A stretch of DNA of 11,058 nucleotides from Pseudomonadota bacterium (GCA_043821645.1 JBDRCO010000007.1:1-11058); one strand, 5' to 3'; positions 1-6,877 are shown, numbered from the stretch's first letter. The notes: generated by a model not told the origin, from the letters alone. Numbers and translations: made by a program.

Positions 1-1427
1 AGGTTGACCAGCAACTGCACGAGCTGCACCGAGTGGCCATGCAGCACCGCGTCCGCGGGACACTCGACCTGCACCTTGGCCACGGGCGAGACCCGGGACC
101 GTGTCAACTTGACGGATTGCTGCAGCACCTCGCTGAGCACGACATCGTCGAAGGTCAGTTCGCCCTCGCACTGCATCATGCTACGCAGATCCTGGATGAT
201 GGTCATGATGCGCTGGATGCCACCCTGACACTCGGTGATCAGGGGCAGGGCGTCGTCCATGAGGTCGCGGGCATCGTCGACGGACAGGGCCTGCTCCATC
301 GCGGCAGGGAGGGTTCCTGCATCGTGGGCTTGCAGGACCACCTCGATCAGGGGACGCACGCCGGTGATGTAGTCGCGCATGGCCGCGATGTTGGTCTGCA
401 CGTAGGCCAGGGGGCTCTTGATCTCGTGGGTGATGCCCGCGGTGAGCTCCCCGGCGACGGTCAGGCGCTCGGCGTTCTGCAGCTGTTGCCGGAGCGCGCT
501 CTGCTGACCTGCCGCCTCGACGTGGCGCAGGGCCTCGGCCACGTTGCCGGCCAGGAACTCCAGGGCCTCGAGATCGCGCGGCGTGAACGCCCGGTCGGGG
601 TCACAGGTGGCCAGGTTGATGACGCCGAGCATCTCGTCCGGGGTGCGCATCGGCACCGACATGCTGGAGCTGAGGCCGTTGATGGTGTTGCAGCTTTCGT
701 AGCCCGGCTGGGTGCGCGCGCTGTCGATGAAGAGCTGGGCCAGGCCGGTGTGATAGACCTTGCCGGTGACCTTGTCGCCGGGCGCGACGTCCTGCAGAAA
801 AGCGCGCTCGATGCCGCGGCTGGCCTGGGCGCGCAGCATGATTCCGGTGGCGGTCTCGACCCGGGAGAACACGCTGCCGCGATCCGCCTCGAAGTGGCGG
901 ACCAGAACCTCGAGCGCCTTGTCCAGGAAGTCCATGCAGTCCGCCGAGGTGTTGGCCTGCAGGGTGATGGAGCTGGTGGTCGCCATCAGGCGCCGTGCCA
1001 GCCGGTAGGGCTTGCCCAGGCGCTGCGTGGCCGAGACTTGGGTGGCCAGCACCAGGGCCGAGGGATCCGGCGGCCAGGCGAAGTGGGCGCTGACCCCTGC
1101 GCTGATCGCCGCTGCGGGCTTGACCGGCCGGCTGTCACCGCCGAACGAGAGGATGGGCAGGTCCGGGTCGGCGTGCCACAGGTGGCCAATGAGGGTCAGG
1201 CCGTCGAACTCGGCCAGGTCCAGATCGACCAGCGCCACGTCCACCCCGTCGTTCTCGATGGCTGCGGTGGCATCCTCGACGCTGCAGGAGCAGGTCACGC
1301 GGTGGCCCTGCTGCGCGAGCAGGCGCTCGAGCACGGTGAGGCGGCTCCACTGGCTGGACACCAGCAGCACCTTGTGGGGCACCGAGTGTTCGTTGCGCGG
1401 CGGACGGCTCAGGGATGCGGCGATCAT
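1..1427 (-). CDS. Sensor histidine kinase, degenerate REC-GAF-HisKA-HATPase (3' end beyond the window)
   Basis: Absent from the ORF track because its stop is outside the window; translated by hand from ATG at 1427 (GGGGAG SD, ATGA overlap with the upstream stop). MIAASLSRPP..KVLLVSSQW..DVALVDLDLAEFDG (REC-like); FEADRGSVF..SSMSVPMRTPDEMLGVINLA..FTPRDLEALEFLA (GAF); AERLTVAGELTAGITHEIKSPLAYV (H-box); QLVQLLVNL (start of N-box) at the window edge. The frame stays open to base 1. Confidence 0.93.
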   Translation of the reverse strand, partial: MIAASLSRPPRNEHSVPHKVLLVSSQWSRLTVLERLLAQQGHRVTCSCSVEDATAAIENDGVDVALVDLDLAEFDGLTLIGHLWHADPDLPILSFGGDSRPVKPAAAISAGVSAHFAWPPDPSALVLATQVSATQRLGKPYRLARRLMATTSSITLQANTSADCMDFLDKALEVLVRHFEADRGSVFSRVETATGIMLRAQASRGIERAFLQDVAPGDKVTGKVYHTGLAQLFIDSARTQPGYESCNTINGLSSSMSVPMRTPDEMLGVINLATCDPDRAFTPRDLEALEFLAGNVAEALRHVEAAGQQSALRQQLQNAERLTVAGELTAGITHEIKSPLAYVQTNIAAMRDYITGVRPLIEVVLQAHDAGTLPAAMEQALSVDDARDLMDDALPLITECQGGIQRIMTIIQDLRSMMQCEGELTFDDVVLSEVLQQSVKLTRSRVSPVAKVQVECPADAVLHGHSVQLVQLLVN

Positions 1428-2896
1428 GACTGCTCCCCGTCGTGGCACGAAAGCTCGTAGGGCGGCTGCGCCTGGGTTGGGGTGTGCGCGTCAGGTGTCA
1501 GGGGCAGGCTGACCGAGAAGGTGGCGCCCTCTCCGAGGACGCTTCGCACCTCGACGCGGCCGCCGTGGGCCATGACGATGCCATGCACCGAGGCCAGGCC
1601 CAGACCCGTCCCCCGCCAGTCGGACTGCTTGTCGGTGTAGAAGGGGTCGAAGATGTGATCGATCTTGTCCGGGGCGATGCCGCGACCGGTGTCGCACACG
1701 GTCAGCACGACCTCGCCAGCGGCGTGCTCCAGCTCCACGCGGACCTCGTCCTGTCCCGTCGAGTTCTTGAGCGCATTGTCGAGCAGGTCGAGCACCACCT
1801 GCTCGAGGTGCACCCGCGAGCCGAGGAGGGCCGGGACGGCCACGGGTTCGAAGTGGATGCGACGGCCGGGATGCTGGATGGCCAGGCGCTGCAGCACCGT
1901 TCGCACCACCTCGTTGAAGTCCACGCTGTCGTGGCGCTGCACCGTCAGGTTGCTGAAGCTGTTCAGGCGCTGCACCACGTGCGCGAGGCGACCGAGTCCC
2001 AGCAACACCTCGCCGGAACAGTCGCGCGCGTCGTCGAGGATCTCGCCCACCTTGCCCACCTCCAGGGCCTGCATCACCGCGACGCTCGAGGCGCCCGCGG
2101 CGACCAGGGACTCGGCCTGGCGAAGCACCGCCCGCGCGTCCTCGAGCATCTCGCCCAGGGAGCGCAGGTTGGCGCTGGTGAAGCCGATGGGGTTGTTCAT
2201 CTCGTGGGACAGCCCGGCCACGAACAGGCACAGGCCCGCAATCCGCGCCTCGCGCACGATGCGACTGCAGTTGGCCTCGAAGTGATGCTGGGCCTGGGCG
2301 AGCTCGCGGGAGCCCTCGTCGACCCGCTGGGCGCGCTGCTCCACGATGTTCAGGATCTGCGTGTAAAACTCCGACACCGCATCGACCTGGCCTGCACGAA
2401 CCCTTTGCGCGGCGCTCACCGCGTCGGACAGGGGCTGCTGGATCTTGAGTAGCCTCGACAGCTCGATGTCGTTGAAGCGAGGCCGGCCGCGCCGGTTGAC
2501 CGCCTCGACGACGCCGATGCGGCGATGTTCCGAGTCCAGCAGCGGCATGGCGATGATGCTGCGCGTCCTGAAGCCCGTGGCGTGATCCGCCGTGGCCGAG
2601 AAGTGCGGGTCGCAGTCCACCTCGGACACCAGCAGGGGTTGCATGGTCTCGAACACGTGACCGGCCACGCCCGTACTGCGGCGCATGCGGATGCGCTTGA
2701 TCTGTGGGCCGGCGCCACCCACCGCGACGTCGAAGTACAGCTCGTCGGTGGCCGGGTCGTGCAGCAGCAGCGAGGCGCCCTCGGCGTCGCTGTAGTCCTT
2801 GACGACCTCGATGATCAGGTTCAGCAGGGCGTCGACATGAAGGGTGTCGTCCTGGTCGTTGTGCAGCTCGTTGCAGGGCTTGAGATTGGTGTACAC
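1424..2896 (-). CDS. GAF-domain sensor histidine kinase (GAF-HisKA-HATPase), 490 aa
   Basis: GAF (AEGASLLLHD..LYFDVAVG..GVAGHV..DHATGFRTRSIIAMPL..IGVVEAVNR), H-box LSHEMNNPIGF, N-box LLDNALK, G1 DTGRGI, F-box IFDPFYT, G2 GTGLGL. GTG start with GAGGT SD. No transmembrane segment visible. Confidence 0.95.
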   Translation of the reverse strand: MYTNLKPCNELHNDQDDTLHVDALLNLIIEVVKDYSDAEGASLLLHDPATDELYFDVAVGGAGPQIKRIRMRRSTGVAGHVFETMQPLLVSEVDCDPHFSATADHATGFRTRSIIAMPLLDSEHRRIGVVEAVNRRGRPRFNDIELSRLLKIQQPLSDAVSAAQRVRAGQVDAVSEFYTQILNIVEQRAQRVDEGSRELAQAQHHFEANCSRIVREARIAGLCLFVAGLSHEMNNPIGFTSANLRSLGEMLEDARAVLRQAESLVAAGASSVAVMQALEVGKVGEILDDARDCSGEVLLGLGRLAHVVQRLNSFSNLTVQRHDSVDFNEVVRTVLQRLAIQHPGRRIHFEPVAVPALLGSRVHLEQVVLDLLDNALKNSTGQDEVRVELEHAAGEVVLTVCDTGRGIAPDKIDHIFDPFYTDKQSDWRGTGLGLASVHGIVMAHGGRVEVRSVLGEGATFSVSLPLTPDAHTPTQAQPPYELSCHDGEQS

Positions 2897-2943
2897 GGCG
2901 ACCTCGCTGGGTGACGTCCATGACAGACCCGGGACCGCGCTGC

Positions 2944-3468
2944 TCAGGCCGCCTGCTCCTCGTCGAGGACGATGGCGCCGGCATCGTCGCGCTCGACCTT
3001 GGAGATGCCCGGGTGCGACTTCTCCAGCTCCTTGATGCGCTCGTTCTGGCGGGTCACCAGGCCCGTGAGCTGGGCGTTGAGGATCTCGAGGCGGCGCTGG
3101 GCCAGCAGTTGCTTGAGCACGATCTTCAGCTCCAGGTCGTTCCAGGGCTTGAGCAGGAAGTAGTTGACCTGGCCCTTGTTGATGGCGCTGACCGCGAGCT
3201 CGAGGTCCGCCTGACCGGTCAGGATCACGCGCATGGTCTGGGGGTGCAGATCCTTGACCACGGCCACGAACTCCAGGCCTGTCATCTCGGGCATCAGGTG
3301 GTCCGAGACCACGATGTCCACGGACTGCTCCTTGAGGATCTGCAGCGCCTCGACGGGTGAGCCGCAGAAGATCAGCTCGTAGTTCTCCTTGCGCAGGACC
3401 CGACGCAGCGCGCTCAGGATGTTCTCCTCATCGTCGACGAACAGGATGGTGGGCTTGCGGTCGGTCAT
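2944..3468 (-). CDS. Single-domain response regulator with a C-terminal coiled-coil-like extension, 174 aa
   Basis: Intact receiver motifs ILFVDDE, VVSDHLMP, ILTG, LLKPW. ATG at 3468 follows a strong AAGGAG SD, so it is preferred over the ORF-track start at 3501. Confidence 0.93.
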   Translation of the reverse strand: MTDRKPTILFVDDEENILSALRRVLRKENYELIFCGSPVEALQILKEQSVDIVVSDHLMPEMTGLEFVAVVKDLHPQTMRVILTGQADLELAVSAINKGQVNYFLLKPWNDLELKIVLKQLLAQRRLEILNAQLTGLVTRQNERIKELEKSHPGISKVERDDAGAIVLDEEQAA

Positions 3469-3490
3469 GGTCCTCTCCTTGGGCGCCGCG

Positions 3491-4171
3491 TCAGCGGACA
3501 CCGGTTGCGTCCGAGATGAGCGCGGTGCCGGCCAGCGGTGCCGCGCGGTTCACGGGGGGAGTGTTGCGCAGGGCCAGCTGGGCCTCGGGGCTGCGCACGC
3601 TGTGCAGGCAGCTCTTGACCCGGGTCCCGAAGCTCTGGCCGTCGAGCAGCGCCTGGTGCACGCACAGGGCTGCGGTGTCGACCTGGGCCTGCTGCACGCG
3701 GTGGTTGCTGTCGATGCTGGGGTCGAACAGGTCGTCCAGGCTGGTCGAGCAGAACACGTTGATGTGACCATCGGCGCGGCCGTAGCCCTCGCGCGCCTCG
3801 AGCCCGCCGTCGCCGCCGTCGGCAAAGTAATAGACCTCGGGGCGCTCGGGGTCGCCGGTCTCCAGGCGCACCTTGAGGTGGGTCTGCACGGTGTAAGGGC
3901 TGGTCAGGTAGCCGTGCAGGGTGCGCGACACGCCAGTCTCGACCATCACATCGACGTCGCTGCTCTTCTCCCAGCACTCGGCGTCGTCCTGCTGCAGCTT
4001 CTTCTGGCAGGCCGGGTCCGCGGCCAGCTGGGCGAAGCGTTGCTGGGCGGCGTCGGCGGGCAGCTCGCGCAGGACCTGGCGCACATCCACCCGGGTCATG
4101 CAGCCGGTGCTCGAGGCGGTCAGGGTGCTCAGCAGCAGGGCGGCGGTCGTGAGGTTGAAACTGCGCGGCAT
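3491..4171 (-). CDS. Hypothetical lipoprotein, 226 aa
   Basis: ATG at 4171 with GGGAG SD. N-terminus MPRSFNLTTAALLLSTLTASSTG-C has a basic residue, a hydrophobic stretch and a lipobox-like STGC (Cys24). G/C-ending codons dominate. No domain recognised. Confidence 0.75.
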   Translation of the reverse strand: MPRSFNLTTAALLLSTLTASSTGCMTRVDVRQVLRELPADAAQQRFAQLAADPACQKKLQQDDAECWEKSSDVDVMVETGVSRTLHGYLTSPYTVQTHLKVRLETGDPERPEVYYFADGGDGGLEAREGYGRADGHINVFCSTSLDDLFDPSIDSNHRVQQAQVDTAALCVHQALLDGQSFGTRVKSCLHSVRSPEAQLALRNTPPVNRAAPLAGTALISDATGVR

Positions 4172-4222
4172 GTCCTGCTCCCTGCTGGGGCGCCTGGTGT
4201 GTTGCGCCGTCGAGAGCTGACA

Positions 4223-4240
4223 TTGCAAGCGCGCTGCCAG
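4223..4240 (-). promoter_or_regulatory. sigma54 (RpoN) -24/-12 promoter
   Basis: Minus strand reads CTGGCAGCGCGCTTGCAA: GG (4238-4237), exactly 10 nt, then GC (4226-4225), close to the TGGCAC-N5-TTGCW consensus. About 55 bp upstream of the lipoprotein ATG and next to a sigma54 activator gene. Confidence 0.85.
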
Positions 4241-4256
4241 ATCGAAGCGCGCGAGA

Positions 4257-4269
4257 AAATCCTTTGATG
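4257..4269 (-). promoter_or_regulatory. Putative IHF-binding site
   Basis: CATCAAAGGATTT against consensus WATCAANNNNTTR (7 of 9 specified positions). It lies in an AT-rich patch between the -24 element and the enhancer-like sites. Confidence 0.5.
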
Positions 4270-4300
4270 ACTGGCAGTTAGATCGCGACCGGGGCCGCGA

Positions 4301-4345
4301 CTGGGTCACCCATGACCCGGCTGGGAGGCCCCTGACCCAGGGTCA
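4301..4345. promoter_or_regulatory. Putative upstream activator sequences (tandem palindromic EBP sites)
   Basis: Perfect palindrome GGGTCA-N4-TGACCC (4303-4318). A second copy follows 20 bp later (CTGGGAGGCCCCTGACCCAG, 15/20 identical to 4301-4320), then an extra GGGTCA half-site at 4340-4345. About 90-130 bp upstream of the predicted sigma54 start. Confidence 0.65.
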
Positions 4346-4351
4346 TACGAC

Positions 4352-4468
4352 ATCGCTTTGATTCGACCCTGTTGTGGGGCCCCGCCTTCACCGGCGAGTC
4401 TTTTTGTCCTCGCACGCTCGGAAAAAAGCCTCACCTTGGCCCCCCACATCGAGCTCAATCAAAGCGAT
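4352..4468. repeat. ~117-bp imperfect palindrome (REP/MITE-like element or structured RNA)
   Basis: Perfect 12-bp terminal inverted repeat ATCGCTTTGATT (4352-4363) / AATCAAAGCGAT (4457-4468). Nested stems TGTGGGG (4373-4379) / CCCCACA (4442-4448) and GGCGAGTCTTTTTGTCC (4393-4409) / GGAAAAAAGCCTCACC (4420-4435). Confidence 0.7.
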
Positions 4469-4515
4469 TCGGAATCAGCACGCGCCCGGTGGGACACAAC
4501 AAAGGTGGGCAGCTG

Positions 4516-4541
4516 CAACCTGGAACCTGGAACCGGGAACC
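4516..4541. repeat. Heptamer tandem repeat (GAACCTG)n, about 3.7 copies
   Basis: CAACCTG GAACCTG GAACCGG GAACC, 15 bp downstream of the activator stop codon. Confidence 0.7.
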
Positions 4542-4556
4542 ATCCACGACGCCCGG

Positions 4557-5978
4557 TCAGCTCTCGTCGCCCTCCCCGGCGTCGTCGGTGGTGACGGTGT
4601 CGAGCTGGTGGCGCTTGATGATGCGCTTGAAGTTGGAGCGGTCGAGCTGGGCCAGGCGAGCCGCGGCGGAGATCTTGCCATCGGCCTGGGTCAGGGCGCG
4701 CTCGACATACTCGCGCTCGAAGCTGTCGCTGGCCATGCGCTTGGCCTCGGTGAAGGGCATCGTGTAGAGGTCGCTGTCGGTCACCACGCGCACCGCGCTG
4801 GCCATGCCCGTGCCATCCAGGTCCAGGTCGGCGGGTTGAATCTCCTGCTGATCGGCCAGCACCACGGCGCGGTAGATGGTGTTCTGTAGCTCGCGCACAT
4901 TGCCCTTGAAGGGTTGCTGCTGCAGCTGCGTCATGGCCGACGGGCTCAGGCTGAGGCCCTGCTTGCCCTCGCTGGCCGCATACTGAGCCAGAAAGTGGTT
5001 CGCCAGCTCGGGGATGTCCTCGCGGCGCTCGCGCAGGGGGGGCACGTCGACGCGCACCACCTTGATGCGGTAGTACAGGTCGTCGCGAAAGCGCTTGTCG
5101 GCAATGGCCTGCTCGAGGTCGATGTTGGTGGCGCACAGCAGGCGAAAATCCACCGGCACCTCGCCGGTGGCGCCTATGGGCCGCACCTGCCGCTCCTGCA
5201 GCACGCGCAGCAGCTTGGTCTGGGTGGGCAGGGCCAGGTCGCCCACCTCGTCCAGGAACATGGTGCCCTGGTGCGCGGCCACGAACAGCCCGCGCTTGTC
5301 GTACACGGCTCCGGTGAAGGCGCCCTTGACGTAGCCAAAGAGCTCACTCTCCTGCAGGTTCTCGGGCAAGGCTGCGCAGTTGACGGGGATCCACGGATGG
5401 CGCTGGCGTCGCGACAGGCGGTGGATCTCGCAGGCGATGAGTTCCTTGCCAGTGCCCGACTCGCCGACGATGAGCACGGGCGCGTCGCTCTGGGCGACCT
5501 TGCGAATCAGCACATGCAGGCGCTGCATAATCGCCGAGCGCCCGAGCAGGGTGCTGGGCAAGTCCGCGTCATCGACTGCCGTGGCGACGTCGTCCGCTCT
5601 GTCCTGCCCCTGGCGGGCTGCGCGCTCGATGGCACTGCACACCTCGTCGAAGCGCGCGAAGGGCTTGGGCAGGTAGTCAAAAGCGCCCAGGCGCATGGCC
5701 TGCAGCACCGAGTCCATGCCGGCCATGCCGGTCATCATGATGACCTCGATCGCCGGCAGTTGCTGCTTGAGCTGCTGCAGCACCTCGAAGCCATTGAGAC
5801 CGGGCATGTGCACGTCGAGCAGGGCCACGTCGACCTTGTGCTCCCGGGCCAGCTGAAGCGCGGCCTGAGGCTCGGTACTGGTGACGACCAGGTATCCCGT
5901 GCTGCGCAGGCGGCGGCTCACCACACGCATGAACATCTCGTCGTCGTCGACGATCAGCACCTTGATGGGATCGCTCAT
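4557..5978 (-). CDS. NtrC-family sigma54-dependent response regulator (REC-AAA+-Fis HTH), 473 aa
   Basis: REC (VLIVDDD, LLDVHMP, MTG, LPKP), Walker A GESGTGKE, ESELFGYVKGAFTGA, Walker B FLDEVG, RFRDDLYYRI, GNVRELQN, and HTH ISAAARLAQLDRSNFKRIIKRH. ATG at 5978 is preferred over 6155 because the extension is not protein-like. Confidence 0.97.
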   Translation of the reverse strand: MSDPIKVLIVDDDEMFMRVVSRRLRSTGYLVVTSTEPQAALQLAREHKVDVALLDVHMPGLNGFEVLQQLKQQLPAIEVIMMTGMAGMDSVLQAMRLGAFDYLPKPFARFDEVCSAIERAARQGQDRADDVATAVDDADLPSTLLGRSAIMQRLHVLIRKVAQSDAPVLIVGESGTGKELIACEIHRLSRRQRHPWIPVNCAALPENLQESELFGYVKGAFTGAVYDKRGLFVAAHQGTMFLDEVGDLALPTQTKLLRVLQERQVRPIGATGEVPVDFRLLCATNIDLEQAIADKRFRDDLYYRIKVVRVDVPPLRERREDIPELANHFLAQYAASEGKQGLSLSPSAMTQLQQQPFKGNVRELQNTIYRAVVLADQQEIQPADLDLDGTGMASAVRVVTDSDLYTMPFTEAKRMASDSFEREYVERALTQADGKISAAARLAQLDRSNFKRIIKRHQLDTVTTDDAGEGDES

Positions 5979-5999
5979 CGCAGGCCCCCGCTTCGGCGG

Positions 6000-6005
6000 A
6001 GTATA
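6000..6005 (-). promoter_or_regulatory. Possible sigma70-type -10 element for the activator gene
   Basis: TATACT about 22 bp upstream of the ATG at 5978 in otherwise GC-rich DNA. The -35 position (TCGCCC) is a weak match. Confidence 0.45.
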
Positions 6006-6123
6006 GCGCTGGTCGGGGGCGGGGGCGACGAGGCAAGGCGGTGACCGACGCGAACCGACCCCTCTTGCCCGCACGGCCTGCCAGCCAGGAGGGTCCCGCC
6101 AACCCGACAAGCTGTTGATCGGC

Positions 6124-6152
6124 TTGTTATGACAACCAACCTCAACTAAACT
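6124..6152 (+). promoter_or_regulatory. Putative sigma70 promoter for the HTH-REC gene
   Basis: TTGTTA (6124-6129), 17-bp spacer, TAAACT (6147-6152). AGGAG at 6183-6187 precedes the ATG at 6201. Confidence 0.55.
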
Positions 6153-6166
6153 CAACTCTACACATC
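6131..6166 (+). repeat. 10-bp phased direct repeats (putative operator array)
   Basis: GACAACCAAC CTCAACTAAA CTCAACTCTA CACATC: CAAC/CATC cores at 6133, 6143, 6153 and 6163. Confidence 0.7.
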
Positions 6167-6200
6167 GTGGCAGCAGGCCACCAGGAGTTTTCTGACGCCC

Positions 6201-6824
6201 ATGAGCCGCTCACCCCACAAAGGGAAGTCCGAACCTCGCCACCCCCAGGGCTCGGCAACCGCGGATCCTTCGCGGGTCCTCGACGCCCGGGCCGCGGCCG
6301 AGCTGCTGGGGGTTCACGTCGAGACCCTGCGCCGCCTGGCGCGACGCGGCGGCGTCCCGGCCTTCAAGGTGGGCAAGGACTGGCGCTTTGACCGCGCCGC
6401 GCTGCAGCGCTGGACGCAGACCGAGGCCGTGCCAGCCAGGGTCACCACCGTGCTGCTCATCGACGACGACAGGCTGGTGCTCAAGGCCATGCGCCGGGTG
6501 CTCGAGCGCCAGGGCTGCCGCGTGCTCACCGCCCTGGACGGCTTGCAGGGACTGGCGCAGGTCCGCAGCGAATCGCCGGACCTGGTCTTGCTGGACCTGC
6601 AGATGCCGGCCATGAGCGGGCCCGAGTTCTTGCGCGAGCTGCGCCGGACCCGCCCCGAGATGCCGGTGATCATCGTCACCGGCTACCCCGACAGCAAGCT
6701 CATGCAGCAGGCCATCCCGTATGGCCCGCTGATGCTGCTGGAAAAGCCCGCGTCACCGAGCCAGCTCGAGGGCGCGGTGCGCATGGCCCTGGGGGAGGCT
6801 GCCACGCTGGCAACGGAAACCTGA
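6201..6824 (+). CDS. Response regulator with N-terminal excisionase/BldC-like (HTH_17) DNA-binding domain and C-terminal receiver, 207 aa
   Basis: VLDARAAAELLGVHVETLRRLARRGGVPAFKVGKDWRFDRAALQRW is a typical HTH_17 signature. It is followed by an intact REC: VLLIDDD, LLDLQMP, IVTGY, LEKP. Confidence 0.93.
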   Translation: MSRSPHKGKSEPRHPQGSATADPSRVLDARAAAELLGVHVETLRRLARRGGVPAFKVGKDWRFDRAALQRWTQTEAVPARVTTVLLIDDDRLVLKAMRRVLERQGCRVLTALDGLQGLAQVRSESPDLVLLDLQMPAMSGPEFLRELRRTRPEMPVIIVTGYPDSKLMQQAIPYGPLMLLEKPASPSQLEGAVRMALGEAATLATET

Positions 6825-6877
6825 AGCAACCGGCCGTCCAAAGCAGGCCCTGGGTGGGTTCGATGCCACGGACAGAC

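Noticed and set aside
33..1460. 475-aa plus-strand ORF
   Set aside because: Antisense shadow of the real minus-strand kinase (1-1427); no motifs, and long shadow ORFs are expected in GC-rich coding DNA.
1442..2984. Long alternative ORFs 1442-2452 (+) and 1491-2984 (-)
   Set aside because: They overlap the GAF kinase; the translations are antisense shadows or Arg/Gly/Pro-rich off-frame reads without domains.
3389..4267. ORFs 3389-4267 (+) and 3465-4223 (-) as alternatives to the lipoprotein
   Set aside because: The 3491-4171 frame has the SD, signal peptide, operon fit and promoter; the alternatives are shadow or low-complexity frames.
4172..4309. N-terminal extension of the lipoprotein to 4309
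   Set aside because: It would run through the sigma54 promoter and bury the signal peptide.
4301..4541. Intergenic repeats as a CRISPR array, tRNA or riboswitch
   Set aside because: No repeat-spacer periodicity, no cas genes, no cloverleaf or T-loop motif, and no riboswitch consensus that I recognise.
5979..6155. 59-aa N-terminal extension of the activator
   Set aside because: Not protein-like, overlaps promoter elements, and the receiver begins right after Met at 5978.
6201..6420. Excisionase-like domain as evidence of a prophage or integrative element
   Set aside because: It is fused to a receiver, and no integrase, att-like repeat, tRNA or phage gene is present in the window.
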